Part shown: piece after piece, positions 9,763-21,409 of the stretch | How the letters are laid out: every line of letters starts with the position of its first letter | How positions within the stretch are numbered: the first letter of the stretch is position 1 | DNA from: Rhodospirillales bacterium | GTDB lineage: Bacteria; Pseudomonadota; Alphaproteobacteria; Bin95 | NCBI GenBank assembly: GCA_038143065.1 | Contig: JAYQLI010000035.1 | Coordinates: 1,824,894-1,888,893 of the forward strand | Direction: 5' to 3' | Length of the DNA: 64,000 nucleotides | Position numbers and translations under genes: made by a program | Notes under the pieces: model-generated | Told to the model about the DNA's origin: nothing | What the model saw: the letters and a program-made list of their open reading frames with translations, nothing else | Databases searched by the model: none

Positions 9763-11088
9763 ATGAAACGAATTCTTCAGATCCTGATTCCTCTGGTCTT
9801 AATGCTGAACATGGCATTACCTGCACAGTCGCAACTTAGGATCTCTGTTGAGGATGGTCTTCGCGAACCATTACCAATAGCATTTGCCCCTTTCATAGCT
9901 AAAAGTGGCGCCTCTGCTGGCATGGGACAGAATTTGGCTGACGTGGCTATTGCTGATCTCGAAAGTTCACGCCTTTTTAGAGCAATTGACCCAGCAGCAT
10001 TCATCCAAACTCCAGCAGCTGCCGCCATCGCGCCTCGATTTTCAGATTGGCGCCAAATCAATGCGCAAGCACTAATTACAGGCACCGTGGGAGGTGAACC
10101 AGACGGCCGTATCCGAGTCGAGTTTCGCCTTTGGGATGTGCTCGGGGAATCTCAGCTTGTAGGCCAAGCATACGTAACTCAGAAGGAAAATTGGCGGCGG
10201 GTTTCCCATTTGGTAGCCGATACCATTTACAAATGGTTGACCGGAGAAAAAGGTTATTTTGATACTCGTGTAGTCTATGTAGCAGAGTCAGGTGCCGCAG
10301 ACCGAAAGATAAAACGTTTGGCCATCATGGACCAAGATGGTGCCAACCATTCCTACCTTACCAGTGGAAGAAATCTTGTTCTAACGCCACGCTTCTCTCC
10401 CTCTCGCCAAGAAATTACCTACATGTCTTATGCTGGGCGTCGTCCACGTGTCCGCATCTTGAATGTTGATACCAATCAAGATGAAACATTAGGACCGATT
10501 GACGGTATGACTTTTGCGCCACGTTTCTCTCCAGATGGAGAAAAACTGCTATTCTCCGCCGAACAGCGCGGTAATTCAGACGTTTTTGTCCTTGATCTTC
10601 GCAGTCGAAAAAGAGTGCGGTTAACTAATCATCCTGCGATCGATACATCACCCTCTTTCTCACCCAATCAGAGAGAGGTGGTATTCAACTCTGATAGAGG
10701 CGGCTCTCCCCAGCTATATGTGATGGCGTCTGATGGAGCTAATGCTCGACGGATCTCATTTGGTGGGGGCCGCTACGCAACCCCAGTATGGTCTCCACGT
10801 GGGGACCTTATAGCGTTTACAAAGATTGAAGGAGGCCGGTTTGGTATTGGGGTAATGCGGTCGGACGGCTCTAATGAGCGAATGTTATCTCAATCATATT
10901 TCGAAGAGTCGCCAACTTGGGCTCCCAATGGTCGAGTGATTATGTTCTTCAGGCGAACCCCAACCGATCGCCAAGGTCGAGGTGGAAAAAGCCGTCTATT
11001 TATTGTTGACGTAGCAGGGGGTGAACCTAGGGAGATAAAGACACCTGGGGATGCATCAGACCCTGCTTGGTCTCCACTTTCACCATAG
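9763..11088 (+). CDS. tolB: TolB beta-propeller protein
   Basis: Signal peptide, [21 protein letters not shown], repeated PD40 motifs ([24 protein letters not shown]). Confidence 0.96.
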   Translation: MKRILQILIPLVLMLNMALPAQSQLRISVEDGLREPLPIAFAPFIAKSGASAGMGQNLADVAIADLESSRLFRAIDPAAFIQTPAAAAIAPRFSDWRQINAQALITGTVGGEPDGRIRVEFRLWDVLGESQLVGQAYVTQKENWRRVSHLVADTIYKWLTGEKGYFDTRVVYVAESGAADRKIKRLAIMDQDGANHSYLTSGRNLVLTPRFSPSRQEITYMSYAGRRPRVRILNVDTNQDETLGPIDGMTFAPRFSPDGEKLLFSAEQRGNSDVFVLDLRSRKRVRLTNHPAIDTSPSFSPNQREVVFNSDRGGSPQLYVMASDGANARRISFGGGRYATPVWSPRGDLIAFTKIEGGRFGIGVMRSDGSNERMLSQSYFEESPTWAPNGRVIMFFRRTPTDRQGRGGKSRLFIVDVAGGEPREIKTPGDASDPAWSPLSP

Positions 11089-11214
11089 TTTAAAGAATCT
11101 TTCCTACATAACCTTGAGGTATTGTTTGGGTTCAAGTACTAAAGGAGTGGCCAAAGCGTTGGTTTCAAAGTCATCAAGAACTTTTTCGGCGCTGCATTTT
11201 GGGGAAGCTAAAAG

Positions 11215-11739
11215 ATGAAGCTTAGAAATTTAGCAATTATTGGCATCGCGCTACTCATGAGCGCTTGCGCAGCAACTAACGACCAAGCCGCATCAAGCGG
11301 ATCTGCATCTGGCGCAAGCAGTGACTCAGCAAAAAGTCAAATGTCACGCGACGTCTCCACCTCTTCGAGCTCAGCATATGCTCCGGGCAGCCAAGAAGAG
11401 TTGCAGGAGTCAATCGGAGATCGTGTATTCTTTGACACAGATCGTTATGACCTCTCTGCTGAGGCTCAGGCAATTGCAGGCTCATGGGCGGATTGGATGA
11501 AAAAGCACCAAAACGTTCAAATTGAGATCGAAGGACACGCCGATGAGCGAGGAACCCGCGAGTATAACCTTGCGTTGGGAGCTCGCCGGGCTAACGCCGT
11601 GAAAGATTTTCTTACCTCTCTCGGTGTTCAAGCCAATCGGGTTAGCACCGTATCGTACGGAACTGAGCGTCCAGAGGCTCTAGGCTCGAATGAAGAAGCT
11701 TGGTCCAAAAACCGTCGAAGCGTGGCGGTAGTTCGCTAA
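11215..11739 (+). CDS. pal: Peptidoglycan-associated lipoprotein Pal
   Basis: Lipobox MSAC, DRVFFD, IEGHADERGTREYNLALGARRA, NRR. Confidence 0.96.
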   Translation: MKLRNLAIIGIALLMSACAATNDQAASSGSASGASSDSAKSQMSRDVSTSSSSAYAPGSQEELQESIGDRVFFDTDRYDLSAEAQAIAGSWADWMKKHQNVQIEIEGHADERGTREYNLALGARRANAVKDFLTSLGVQANRVSTVSYGTERPEALGSNEEAWSKNRRSVAVVR

Positions 11740-11782
11740 TTAGCGCCATGAATTTGGCGCATTGTCGCAATATTGGAGCGGC

Positions 11783-12505
11783 ATGCGGTTACTGAGTTTC
11801 TCTCTTGCAATTATTGTTGCTACGCTAGGCCCGCCACTGGCGGCTCAGCCGGCAACGCCCGACGAACTCGCCTTCAGACAGCGTCTTGAAGAGAGACTGC
11901 AAGGTCTGGATCTTCAGCTTCGTGAGTCGACTGGTGCAATAGAAAAACTGCAATTTGAGCTTCGTAGCGCCTATCAGCGCATTGAAAAGCTGGAATATGA
12001 ACTTGCTGCCAGTAGGAAGCCTGTCGATTCTGCCTCTAAGAATGAGATTTCAAAACCTACTCCTCTGCAGCCTACCCAATCGGTAGCCCCAAATAATCTT
12101 CCAGGAACATTGCCCGCTGGTGACGCTCAAGTCGAGTACGATGCTGCGTTTGGCCTTCTCAGAAGAGGCGAGTTTGAGGCTGGAGAACAAGCGTTCAATG
12201 TATTTCTCCTACAACATCCCGAGCATAAACTAGCCGGAAATGCTCGATACTGGATTGCTGAAACACTTTACGCACGTCAAAGGTTTCAAGAGGCTGCTAC
12301 CGCCTTTTTAGAAGCTTGGCAAAAAGATATTCGCGGACCTAAGGCCCCCGATAATCTTCTTAAGCTGGGTCTTTCTCTTGGAAAGATGGGCAAAAATAAA
12401 GAAGCATGCATTAGCCTCAATAAACTCCTCTCAGATTATGCTGATGCACCCGCCAGGATAAGTAACATCGCGTCGCGCGAACGTCAGTTTATGAACTGCG
12501 GCTGA
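11783..12505 (+). CDS. cpoB: Tol-Pal protein CpoB/YbgF
   Basis: Signal peptide, coiled coil, TPR region (YDAAF...NARYWIAE...KAPDNLLKLG...AC); follows pal. Confidence 0.9.
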   Translation: MRLLSFSLAIIVATLGPPLAAQPATPDELAFRQRLEERLQGLDLQLRESTGAIEKLQFELRSAYQRIEKLEYELAASRKPVDSASKNEISKPTPLQPTQSVAPNNLPGTLPAGDAQVEYDAAFGLLRRGEFEAGEQAFNVFLLQHPEHKLAGNARYWIAETLYARQRFQEAATAFLEAWQKDIRGPKAPDNLLKLGLSLGKMGKNKEACISLNKLLSDYADAPARISNIASRERQFMNCG

Positions 12506-13803
12506 TGGCTTTAGAGCCAGACTGGTCTCCTCAACCCGTCTCCGTTGAGGCATTTGCCGCGGCCATGGCTCGATTAGAGCCCTTTGAACCTCAACCTTTA
12601 CTTGCTGTAGCAGTGTCCGGTGGGCCGGATAGCATGGCACTTGCTATGCTCGCCAATGACTGGGCGCATGAGCGTGGAGGTTCTGTACATGCCATTCTTA
12701 TTGACCATGGTTTACGCGCAGAATCAGAAGATGAAGTGCGAATTGCATCAAATGCATTATCTGCCCGCGGCATAGAAACCACTATAGAAAAATTGTCAGG
12801 TCCGGCCCCCAAAAACGGCAAACCAGCATGGGCAAGGCAGGAGAGATATAAAAGCCTTATGGTGATTACCCGCAGGCTTGGAGTGCTTCATCTTCTTACT
12901 GGGCATCATCGTGACGACCAGGCTGAAACTTTCATCCTAAATCTGGAAAGAGGCAGCGGGGTAAAAGGACTGTCTGGAATGGCAACAAACCGAGGGGTTG
13001 GCTCAGCAAGGATTATTCGCCCACTTTTAGATTTTTCAAAAACGCAACTGCATTCCACAGCGCTAATGTATGGCTTGCCTGTAGCTCACGACCCAAGCAA
13101 CCAGGACTTACGCTACTCGCGCACTCGGGTCAGAGCGCAATTAGACAACTTAGAAATTAAGCGCCTGGCCGATACATCAGCTCGGCTTGCAAACGAAGAC
13201 ATTGCTCTAGAGATTGCCGTATCAAAATTGGCTGCTAACGCACTTACAATTACGCCTTTAGGCGAAGCAAACATTTCAATGCAAAAAATGGCAGAGGCGC
13301 CAGCTGTTATTGCCCTTCGACTTTTTACCCGTACAGCTCATGCAATAGGCGGTCGTGAAACTCCTCCAAGACAACACCGCGCCGAAGCGGCTCTGCACCA
13401 AATCATTTCGAAAGCAAAGTCGAAACTGACACTAGGAAGCGCAATTATCACTCGGGTTGGGGGTCAACTGAATTTTCGCAAAGAACTTGGCAAAAACCCT
13501 CTTCCTGAAATTACTGGCCCAGGTCATTGGGATGGAAGATTTGACGTTGCTGTCTATCCATTCTGGCCTGAAAACTGTGTAGTTCGTGGACTAGGCTATG
13601 AAGGACTCCGGCAACTTGAATCTTCCAGTGGTAAAAAACGACTTTATGGATCGACCCCAAGATCCGTGCTCGCTTTGGCACCTGCGCTTTGGCGGGAAAA
13701 GCAGCTATTAATTGGACCAAGTCTCGCAGGAGAATTTGTGAGAATTGACCAAACCTACTTACAAATATCGTTTCGCCCACGAAGACCAATTGCTCCTTGT
13801 TAA
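12505..13803 (+). CDS. tilS: tRNA(Ile)-lysidine synthase TilS
   Basis: AVAVSGGPDS PP-loop, IDHGLR, ARQERY, GHHRDDQAET, RPLL, DPSN. Confidence 0.93.
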   Translation: MALEPDWSPQPVSVEAFAAAMARLEPFEPQPLLAVAVSGGPDSMALAMLANDWAHERGGSVHAILIDHGLRAESEDEVRIASNALSARGIETTIEKLSGPAPKNGKPAWARQERYKSLMVITRRLGVLHLLTGHHRDDQAETFILNLERGSGVKGLSGMATNRGVGSARIIRPLLDFSKTQLHSTALMYGLPVAHDPSNQDLRYSRTRVRAQLDNLEIKRLADTSARLANEDIALEIAVSKLAANALTITPLGEANISMQKMAEAPAVIALRLFTRTAHAIGGRETPPRQHRAEAALHQIISKAKSKLTLGSAIITRVGGQLNFRKELGKNPLPEITGPGHWDGRFDVAVYPFWPENCVVRGLGYEGLRQLESSSGKKRLYGSTPRSVLALAPALWREKQLLIGPSLAGEFVRIDQTYLQISFRPRRPIAPC

Positions 13804-13823
13804 AAGCACATAGAGACTTATGT
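13796..13823 (+). promoter_or_regulatory. Putative RpoH (sigma32) promoter of ftsH
   Basis: CTTG (13796-13799), 17-nt spacer, CTTATGT (13817-13823), fitting the alphaproteobacterial heat-shock consensus CTTG-N17/18-CYTATNT. Confidence 0.55.
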
Positions 13824-13889
13824 GTATAAAGGATACAAAATAACTCTATCGATTCTACCGATAGTAAAAAGACAATAGAGAGAAGTTCT

Positions 13890-15821
13890 GTGAAGGGCAT
13901 TTCAAAAAATATGCTGATTTGGGCCGCTATCTTTGTGGCTCTCGTTCTTCTATTCCAAGCCTTTCAGGGCGGCAGCCTCCAAGGTGGATCTAGTAAACTC
14001 CGGTATTCCGAGTTTGTTGCCCAGTTAAAGGATGGAAGAGTTCAAGAAGCTATCATTCAAGGCCGGAACGTTTCAGGACGACTTTCTGACGGGACAACCT
14101 TCCAAACTTACTCACCCGACGATCCCCAACTGGTTCAAAGATTAATCGATGCTGGCGTGAACGTCACTGCGGCACCGGAAGAAGAAAGTCGCCTGCTGTC
14201 GGTCCTCATTTCTTGGTTTCCAATGCTGCTTCTTATTGGCGTTTGGATTTACTTCATGCGGCATATGCAGTCTGGTGGTGGACGGGCGATGGGCTTTGGA
14301 AAGTCAAAGGCCAAGCTACTCACAGAGAAATCAGGCCGTGTAACTTTTGAAGATGTTGCCGGGATCGAAGAAGCTAAAGGCGAACTTGTAGAAATTGTTG
14401 AATTCTTGCGGGACCCGCAGAAGTTTCAACGACTGGGCGGCAAAATTCCCAAGGGTTGCCTGCTCGTAGGACCCCCTGGAACGGGAAAAACTTTGTTGGC
14501 CAGGGCCATTGCTGGCGAAGCTAACGTTCCATTTTTCACAATCTCTGGCTCAGATTTTGTTGAAATGTTCGTCGGCGTCGGTGCGAGCCGCGTCCGCGAT
14601 ATGTTTGAGCAAGGTAAAAAGAATGCTCCATGCATTATTTTCATTGATGAAATTGATGCCGTGGGTCGTCATCGGGGTGCTGGACTCGGGGGCGGCAATG
14701 ATGAGCGTGAACAAACTCTCAATCAAATGCTTGTTGAAATGGATGGCTTTGAGGCTAACGAGGGGGTCATCCTCATCGCAGCAACTAACCGACCAGATGT
14801 TCTAGATCCCGCACTTCTCAGACCAGGTCGCTTCGACAGGCAAGTTGTTGTACCCAATCCCGATATCCGAGGCCGAGAGCAAATTCTTAAGGTCCACATG
14901 CGTAAAATTCCCCTTGGCAGTGATGTGGATGCTAGGGTCATCGCACGCGGAACTCCGGGTTTCTCTGGCGCAGACCTTGCCAACCTCGTCAACGAGGCTG
15001 CCCTCATGGCTGCACGTCGCAATAAGCGAACTGTTACCATGTCAGAAATGGAAGACGCTAAGGATAAAGTGCTAATGGGCGCTGAACGGCGGTCAATGGT
15101 CATGTCCGAGGATGAAAAGAAACTTACTGCTTATCACGAAGCCGGCCACGCCGTCGTGATGCTTCATGTCAAAGGTCATGAGCCCCTCCATAAAGTCACG
15201 ATTATTCCTCGTGGACGAGCTTTAGGCTTGGCGATGTATTTGCCAGAACGTGATAGGCTTTCGCAGTCTATAACTGAAATCAGAGCCCTGATTGCAAGTG
15301 CTTTTGGAGGGCGCATAGCGGAAGACATGATATTTGGAGCGGAAAATGTCACGACTGGCGCCGCCCAAGACATTAAAGTGGCCACTCAGTATGCGCGACG
15401 GTTAGTTACTGAGTTTGGCTTCTCTGACAAACTCGGGCCTCTGCGCTACGCGGATAATGAAGAAGAGGTATTTCTGGGGCACTCGGTTACTCAGCGAAAA
15501 AATGTATCCGATGCAACGGCAGCAACGATTGATTCGGAAACGAGACGTTTCGTTGAAGAGGGAGAGGCAGAAGCTCGGCGCATTCTGGAAACATACCGTA
15601 ATGAGCTAGAAATGATTGCGGAGGCACTGCTCGAACATGAAACTCTTGACAGATCCGAGATAGATGGATTGTTGCGAGGTGAGCCTATTGAGCGGTCCAA
15701 ACCGACAGAACCACCAGAAAGTGCGCCTACTGGCGGCGGCCCAAGGTCCTCTATCCCTGGAGGAAAACGGCGTCGTGGCTCTGGACCAACTGGGGACCCT
15801 GCACCACAGCCCAGCAGCTAG
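13890..15821 (+). CDS. ftsH: ATP-dependent zinc metalloprotease FtsH
   Basis: Two TMs, [42 protein letters not shown]. Confidence 0.98.
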   Translation: MKGISKNMLIWAAIFVALVLLFQAFQGGSLQGGSSKLRYSEFVAQLKDGRVQEAIIQGRNVSGRLSDGTTFQTYSPDDPQLVQRLIDAGVNVTAAPEEESRLLSVLISWFPMLLLIGVWIYFMRHMQSGGGRAMGFGKSKAKLLTEKSGRVTFEDVAGIEEAKGELVEIVEFLRDPQKFQRLGGKIPKGCLLVGPPGTGKTLLARAIAGEANVPFFTISGSDFVEMFVGVGASRVRDMFEQGKKNAPCIIFIDEIDAVGRHRGAGLGGGNDEREQTLNQMLVEMDGFEANEGVILIAATNRPDVLDPALLRPGRFDRQVVVPNPDIRGREQILKVHMRKIPLGSDVDARVIARGTPGFSGADLANLVNEAALMAARRNKRTVTMSEMEDAKDKVLMGAERRSMVMSEDEKKLTAYHEAGHAVVMLHVKGHEPLHKVTIIPRGRALGLAMYLPERDRLSQSITEIRALIASAFGGRIAEDMIFGAENVTTGAAQDIKVATQYARRLVTEFGFSDKLGPLRYADNEEEVFLGHSVTQRKNVSDATAATIDSETRRFVEEGEAEARRILETYRNELEMIAEALLEHETLDRSEIDGLLRGEPIERSKPTEPPESAPTGGGPRSSIPGGKRRRGSGPTGDPAPQPSS

Positions 15822-15955
15822 TCATCGTACCTTTTATAGACTGACTTTCCGTAGGAAATAATTTTAGAATAGATCGGATATTCCTTATTAAGGATTATTG
15901 ATCTAAAACCTTGTTAGTAATTGTTTGAACTTGATGCGAGATTAGGAGGGGAGCT

Positions 15956-16339
15956 ATGGCTGCAGACAATCGTCCGCTATCGCCGCACCTGCAAATTTAT
16001 CGGCCCCAATGGACGTCATTTTTATCAATTTTGCATCGAGGCACAGGTATAGTTCTCTCTATTGGCATCATCTACATCGCATGGTGGTTAACCGCTGCAG
16101 CAACAGGTGGGGATTACTATAAAACCTTTGAATGGTTTGCCGGTTCAATCATCGGCAACCTGTTCTTTATGGGCTTCACATTTTCTCTGTTTTACCATTT
16201 AGCGAACGGTATCCGGCACTTGGCTTGGGACACCGGTAGAAATTTAGAGTTAGAAGACGCATATAAGTCAGGACTTATGGTGGTAGCTGCTGCCATCATA
16301 CTAACCGCAATCGCTTGGATAATGGCCCTGGTAGCTTAA
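15956..16339 (+). CDS. sdhC: Succinate dehydrogenase cytochrome b556 subunit
   Basis: RPLSPHLQIYRPQ, SILHRGTG, HLANGIRHLAWD; AGGAGG RBS. Confidence 0.96.
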   Translation: MAADNRPLSPHLQIYRPQWTSFLSILHRGTGIVLSIGIIYIAWWLTAAATGGDYYKTFEWFAGSIIGNLFFMGFTFSLFYHLANGIRHLAWDTGRNLELEDAYKSGLMVVAAAIILTAIAWIMALVA

Positions 16340-16352
16340 AGGATAGTTGAAG

Positions 16353-16733
16353 ATGTCAATGACAAATCCCCTTGCCAGGGTTCGTGGGCTCGGATCTGCA
16401 AAAGATGGAACTCATCATTGGATTGTCCAGCGGATGACGGCAGTGGCACTGATTCCACTTACTTTATGGTTTGTAGTTTCATTGATCAGTCTAATTGGAA
16501 GCGATCTGGTTGCGGTCCAATCTTGGCTGTCATCTCCTTTTAATGCGGTGATGATGATTTTAACCTTAGTTGCGGGTTTCCATCATGCTCAACTCGGGCT
16601 TCAAGTGGTGATCGAGGACTACATCCATGGGCATGGAAAGAAAATTGTTGCCCTTTGGGTAATGAAGGGCGCCGCAATCTTCTTCGGGGCAGCTTCTGTC
16701 TTTTCTGTAATTAAACTTAGCTTCGGAGGGTGA
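16353..16733 (+). CDS. sdhD: Succinate dehydrogenase membrane anchor
   Basis: [37 protein letters not shown]. Confidence 0.96.
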   Translation: MSMTNPLARVRGLGSAKDGTHHWIVQRMTAVALIPLTLWFVVSLISLIGSDLVAVQSWLSSPFNAVMMILTLVAGFHHAQLGLQVVIEDYIHGHGKKIVALWVMKGAAIFFGAASVFSVIKLSFGG

Positions 16734-16737
16734 GAAC

Positions 16738-18530
16738 ATGACTCAGTCTTACGATATCGTTGATCATACTTATGACGTAGTCGTAGTAGGTGCTGGCGGA
16801 GCTGGCCTACGAGCAACGTTGGGTTGTGTTCAAGCGGGACTTAAAACAGCTTGCGTAACCAAGGTTTTTCCAACCCGCAGCCATACTGTAGCAGCACAGG
16901 GCGGTATCGCAGCCAGCTTAGCCAATATGTCAGAGGACAATTGGAAGTGGCATATGTATGACACCGTTAAGGGGTCAGACTGGTTAGGCGATCAAGATGC
17001 AATTGAGTATATGTGCCGGCAAGCAGTACCATCCGTAATTGAGCTTGAGCACTACGGACTTCCCTTTAGCCGTACTCCCGATGATAAGATTTACCAGCGT
17101 CCATTCGGTGGGCACATGCGGAATTTCGGCGAAACACCAGCTCAGCGTGTCGCTGCAGCGGCTGATAGAACTGGTCACGCGCTTCTCCACACTTTGTATC
17201 AACAAAGCCTAAGAAATAATGCTGAGTTTTTCATCGAGTACTTTGCCATTGATTTGATTATGGATGATGACGGATCTTGCAGGGGTGTTGTTGCTTGGAA
17301 TCTCGACGATGGCACCATTCATAGGTTCCGTGCTCAAACGGTAATTCTGGCAACAGGCGGCTATGGTCGTGCCTACTTCTCGGCAACGTCCGCTCACACC
17401 TGTACTGGAGACGGAAACGGTATGGTGGCTCGTGCTGGGCTGCCAAACCAAGATATGGAATTCGTTCAGTTCCATCCAACTGGAATTTATGGTGCAGGCT
17501 GCCTCATCACCGAGGGAGTACGTGGCGAAGGTGGTTACCTTACCAATTCGGAGGGTGAACGCTTCATGGAACGCTACGCTCCAACGGCAAAAGACCTTGC
17601 CAGCCGTGACGTCGTTGCTCGTTCAATGACCGTTGAGATACGCGAAGGGCGCGGAGTAGGCTCTGGTGCGGACCACATATATTTGCATCTCGAGCACTTA
17701 GGGTCGGATGTTTTAGAGGAACGTCTACCAGGCATAACTGAAACCGCTAGAATTTTTGCTGGAGTGGATGCTGCCAAACAGCCCATTCCGGTGCTTCCAA
17801 CAGTCCACTACAACATGGGCGGTGTGCCCACCAATTATAATGGCCAAGTTTTGCGGCCTACCGCCGCTGACCCAGCAGCAGTTGTGCCCGGCCTCATGGC
17901 CGTAGGTGAATGCGCTAGTGTATCAGTGCATGGCGCGAATAGGTTAGGAGCTAATTCACTGCTTGATCTCGTCGTCTTCGGCAGAGCGGCAGGTCTTTTC
18001 TGTGGCGAGAATATAACTCCAGGGGCAAATCAGCCTGAGTTGAAGCCAGGAAGCGATGATTTGGCTCTCTCTAGGTTAGATCGACTCCGCAATGCTGATG
18101 GCTCCACCTCTCTACAGCCGAAATCAGAGATGGAATGCAGCGCACTATGCAAAACAACGCCGCAGTCTTCCGCACAGCTGCAGTTCTTGAAGAAGGCTGC
18201 AGAATGATGGACCAGCAGGCTGGAGCACTTGAAGATATCAAAGTGAATGACAGATCGATGATCTGGAATTCCGACCTAGTTGAGGCTCTTGAATTAGAAA
18301 ATCTGATGGATTGCGCACTCACAACTATCATGGGGGCAGAGGCTCGCCATGAAAGTCGCGGAGCACATGCACATGAAGATTATCCAGATAGGAACGATGA
18401 AGAGTGGATGAAACACACTCTCGCTTATGTGGATGAAAAGCACAAAGTGCGCCTTGATTATCGACCAGTTCACACATTCACCCTTTCGGACGATATTGAA
18501 TATATCGAGCCGAAAGAGCGCGTGTACTAA
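16738..18530 (+). CDS. sdhA: Succinate dehydrogenase flavoprotein subunit (apparent frameshift near 18108-18113)
   Basis: [13 protein letters not shown]-His motif, HGANRLG; C-terminus (ESRGAH...ERVY) is in another frame; removing 2 nt from CTCTCT restores ...GSTSTAEIR... Confidence 0.93.
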
Positions 18531-18547
18531 GGTAAGGAATTTAAAAT

Positions 18548-19330
18548 ATGGCTGAATTCACCTTACCTAAGAATTCGAAAGTCGGAGAAGGCAAAAGACA
18601 TCCAGCTCCTTCCGGCGCAACGAATGTTAAAACATTCCGCGTGTATCGTTGGTCGCCCGACGATGACAAGAACCCAGAAGTCGATTCCTTTGAAATTGAT
18701 ATGGACGACTGTGGGCCTATGGTCCTCGACGCTTTGATTAAGATTAAAAATGAGGTGGACTCAACCGTTACATTTAGGCGGTCGTGTCGCGAGGGTATCT
18801 GCGGTTCTTGTGCCATGAATATTGATGGTACAAATACCTTGGCATGTTTAAAGCCCATTGAAGAGGTGAAAGGCGATGTGAAGGTGTATCCACTGCCTCA
18901 CATGCCTGTAATCAAAGACCTTGTGCCTGATGTGTCGCAAATTTACGCCCAACTAGCTTCTATTGAGCCATGGCTCAAAACTGTCACGCCACCACCACCC
19001 GACGGCGAACGTCTTCAGAGTCCAGAAGATAGAGCAAAGCTTGATGGGTTATGGGAGTGCATCCTTTGCTTCTGTTGTTCAACAAGTTGTCCTAGCTATT
19101 GGTGGAACGGCGATCGCTATCTTGGCCCCGCCATACTTTTACAGGCATACCGCTGGCTTGCTGATAGCCGTGATGAAGCTAAGGGTGAGCGCCTAGACGC
19201 GTTAGAAGACCCCTTCCGTCTCTATCGATGTCACACCATCATGAACTGCACCAAGACCTGTCCAAAAGGACTTAACCCAGCAAAAGCTATCGCTGAGGTC
19301 AAAAAGATGATGGTGGAGAGGCAAGGCTAA
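18548..19330 (+). CDS. sdhB: Succinate dehydrogenase iron-sulfur subunit
   Basis: [42 protein letters not shown]. Confidence 0.98.
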   Translation: MAEFTLPKNSKVGEGKRHPAPSGATNVKTFRVYRWSPDDDKNPEVDSFEIDMDDCGPMVLDALIKIKNEVDSTVTFRRSCREGICGSCAMNIDGTNTLACLKPIEEVKGDVKVYPLPHMPVIKDLVPDVSQIYAQLASIEPWLKTVTPPPPDGERLQSPEDRAKLDGLWECILCFCCSTSCPSYWWNGDRYLGPAILLQAYRWLADSRDEAKGERLDALEDPFRLYRCHTIMNCTKTCPKGLNPAKAIAEVKKMMVERQG

Positions 19331-19373
19331 CGGCTAGTTGCCGTTAGCGCTGGGATAATTTTTGTCCTTTTTT
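19326..19373 (+). terminator. Probable terminator region after sdhB
   Basis: Perfect 9-bp stem GCTAACGGC-tagtt-GCCGTTAGC (19326-19348), followed by a weak GGATA/TGTCC hairpin and a T6 run. Confidence 0.5.
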
Positions 19374-19632
19374 AGCTGTTTTTGTTGTTACACTAAGGCC
19401 GGAAGACCTTGATCGTTTAAATTGGTTAAGGTGTGCTGATATACATGCAGTTATCCCATTTAGTCCCCTTTAACGTTCTATCTAATGCTCCCACTCCCCG
19501 AAGAGGGTGCACCTGCTTATTAAAATGTTTAGACCGAACAAGGGCCGACACGCTCAGTCGCTGGCAAAATTTTCTTAGATATATTGTCATCTGTGAAGGA
19601 CTGATCATACTTTCTGCGGAGGAGTATGATTG

Positions 19633-20772
19633 ATGCCTAACACCTCAACCAGTGAAGAAATCGCGTTTCAGGAATATCTCAAGGCAGGAGAGGCTAGGGC
19701 CATGGCCCTTGAAAACCGAGGGCCTGTTCGCTTCACTGATACCGGGGAACTGCATCCTGAGATTGTGGAAGCATTCTGGCGCGTAGGTTTCTATGTTTTC
19801 GAAAATGTGCTTCGGCCAGAGGAAATTGAAGACCTCAAAAATGATGTTCGACTTATACAGTCTCGTCTGCCTGTAACAAAAGGTGGAAAGCTAGATTCAA
19901 ACGGCAAATTAGCACTAGGCGCAGACCAGAATGGCCGCAACTTTTACTGGTCCAAACCACTAGCAGATCCTTTTGGTGGAACAGATCTCGCTGGTGGTAG
20001 ACATCCTGTAAAAATGCGAGAACCAAAACCTAGGGCAGGAACACCGGAAGAGATAGTCTATCTCATTCTTGGCTCACTCCAATACTCGGACGCGTGTCTC
20101 CGAGTCTATGGTCACCCAGATTTACTTCGCATTGCGGCAGCAATAAACGGTGAGGACTTTACTCCTTTCAACGAAGCTTTGTTTATAAAGGCGCCGGGCC
20201 TTGGAGCGTCGGTTGCTTGGCATCGGGATGGATTGACCCACTATGATTCTCCCAACTGGGATGAAGGCGTGCACGGTTTCAATTTTATGGGACAAGTATT
20301 CGGTTGTACGGCTGCAAATGGGGTATGGGTCGTCCCTGGCAGCCACAAACTACGCCGCGTGGACATCCCAGCAATGGCTGCCGCGGCACAATCTGACCAA
20401 TTTCCAGATGCGGTCCCTATAATTTGTGCTGCTGGTGATGTAGCAATGACAAACCGTCAGGCGATCCATGGATCCTTTGCTAATACAAGTGAACAATGGC
20501 GGGTGACCGTCAATATGGGCTTTCACCGACGCTCCTCAGTATTGAATGTTGAGGCTGGAGGCCTGCACAATGCGCGTGCCGTTTATGATGACGAACGAAT
20601 CAAGCGCCGAGCCCGGATGCTTGGCTATGCAATAGATGCTCGCCAGCAGCGATTTCCTGACGAAACACCATATGAATACAAACCACATCGAGATAGTGGG
20701 CTTGTTTACCATTGGAATGAGAAGGCGCGCGCCGAGATTTGGGACTACAACAAGGAAGACCTGAGCATCTAA
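19633..20772 (+). CDS. Phytanoyl-CoA dioxygenase (PhyH) family Fe(II)/2-oxoglutarate oxygenase
   Basis: F..VGFYVFENVL, WHRD (HxD), WVVPGSH, AGD....HGSFAN....R; GGAGGA RBS. Confidence 0.85.
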   Translation: MPNTSTSEEIAFQEYLKAGEARAMALENRGPVRFTDTGELHPEIVEAFWRVGFYVFENVLRPEEIEDLKNDVRLIQSRLPVTKGGKLDSNGKLALGADQNGRNFYWSKPLADPFGGTDLAGGRHPVKMREPKPRAGTPEEIVYLILGSLQYSDACLRVYGHPDLLRIAAAINGEDFTPFNEALFIKAPGLGASVAWHRDGLTHYDSPNWDEGVHGFNFMGQVFGCTAANGVWVVPGSHKLRRVDIPAMAAAAQSDQFPDAVPIICAAGDVAMTNRQAIHGSFANTSEQWRVTVNMGFHRRSSVLNVEAGGLHNARAVYDDERIKRRARMLGYAIDARQQRFPDETPYEYKPHRDSGLVYHWNEKARAEIWDYNKEDLSI

Positions 20773-20777
20773 TCCCG

Positions 20778-21230
20778 TTATTCTTTTTCGAGGCGACGAT
20801 CTCGCGCAAGGTCGAGTTTATAGGTTGCCTGGCCCTTTGCTACTAAACGACCCTCCTCATCCGTAGCAATAACGTCAACTATGGTGAGAATGCCTCCACG
20901 GCTGACCACTTTCCCCTCAGCCAATATATCCTTCCCAAGACCTGGACCAATATAGTTGATAGTTAGCGATACCGTTGTTCCTCGTGTGGTTGCTTTTGCA
21001 TCAGGGGTTGCCCATGCTGCACAGGTTGCAGCAGTGTCAATGAGTGTGGCCGTTGCTCCTCCATGAACAATATCCAAGCCATTCATTATTTCCGGTGAAG
21101 CTTTCATGCGGCACACAACACGATCAATCTCAACTACATCAACAGACAACCCGACATGCCGTCCAAAAGGTCCAGTGGCAATGACATTATGAATTCGATC
21201 GAGCGCTGCTTCTGAGAGATTTTTGGTCAT
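20778..21230 (-). CDS. PaaI family thioesterase (hotdog fold)
   Basis: N..IVHGGATATLIDTA, TVSLTINYI. Confidence 0.88.
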   Translation of the reverse strand: MTKNLSEAALDRIHNVIATGPFGRHVGLSVDVVEIDRVVCRMKASPEIMNGLDIVHGGATATLIDTAATCAAWATPDAKATTRGTTVSLTINYIGPGLGKDILAEGKVVSRGGILTIVDVIATDEEGRLVAKGQATYKLDLARDRRLEKE

Positions 21231-21409
21231 GGTGTTCCACTACGAGTTTGAGAGTTTTCAGTTCACGTTGTGCAATAAGACCATGAACGGAAAACAAATG
21301 TTAATCTTGGTTGAGTATCTACAGTTTCCAAAATCTAAGAATAAAAGCCTAGCCCCAAAAAACTCAATCATGTTATTTTGGGCTAAAGGCCTATCTGGAT
21401 TAAAATAGA

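Noticed and set aside
16738-18530. sdhA as a pseudogene or programmed frameshift
   Set aside because: Both parts are highly conserved and sdhBCD are intact; a 2-nt excess in CTCTCT is typical of sequencing error, and there is no slippery heptamer
21231-21409. LexA box upstream of the SRAP gene
   Set aside because: Best match GAAC-N7-AAAT has two mismatches to GAAC-N7-GAAC
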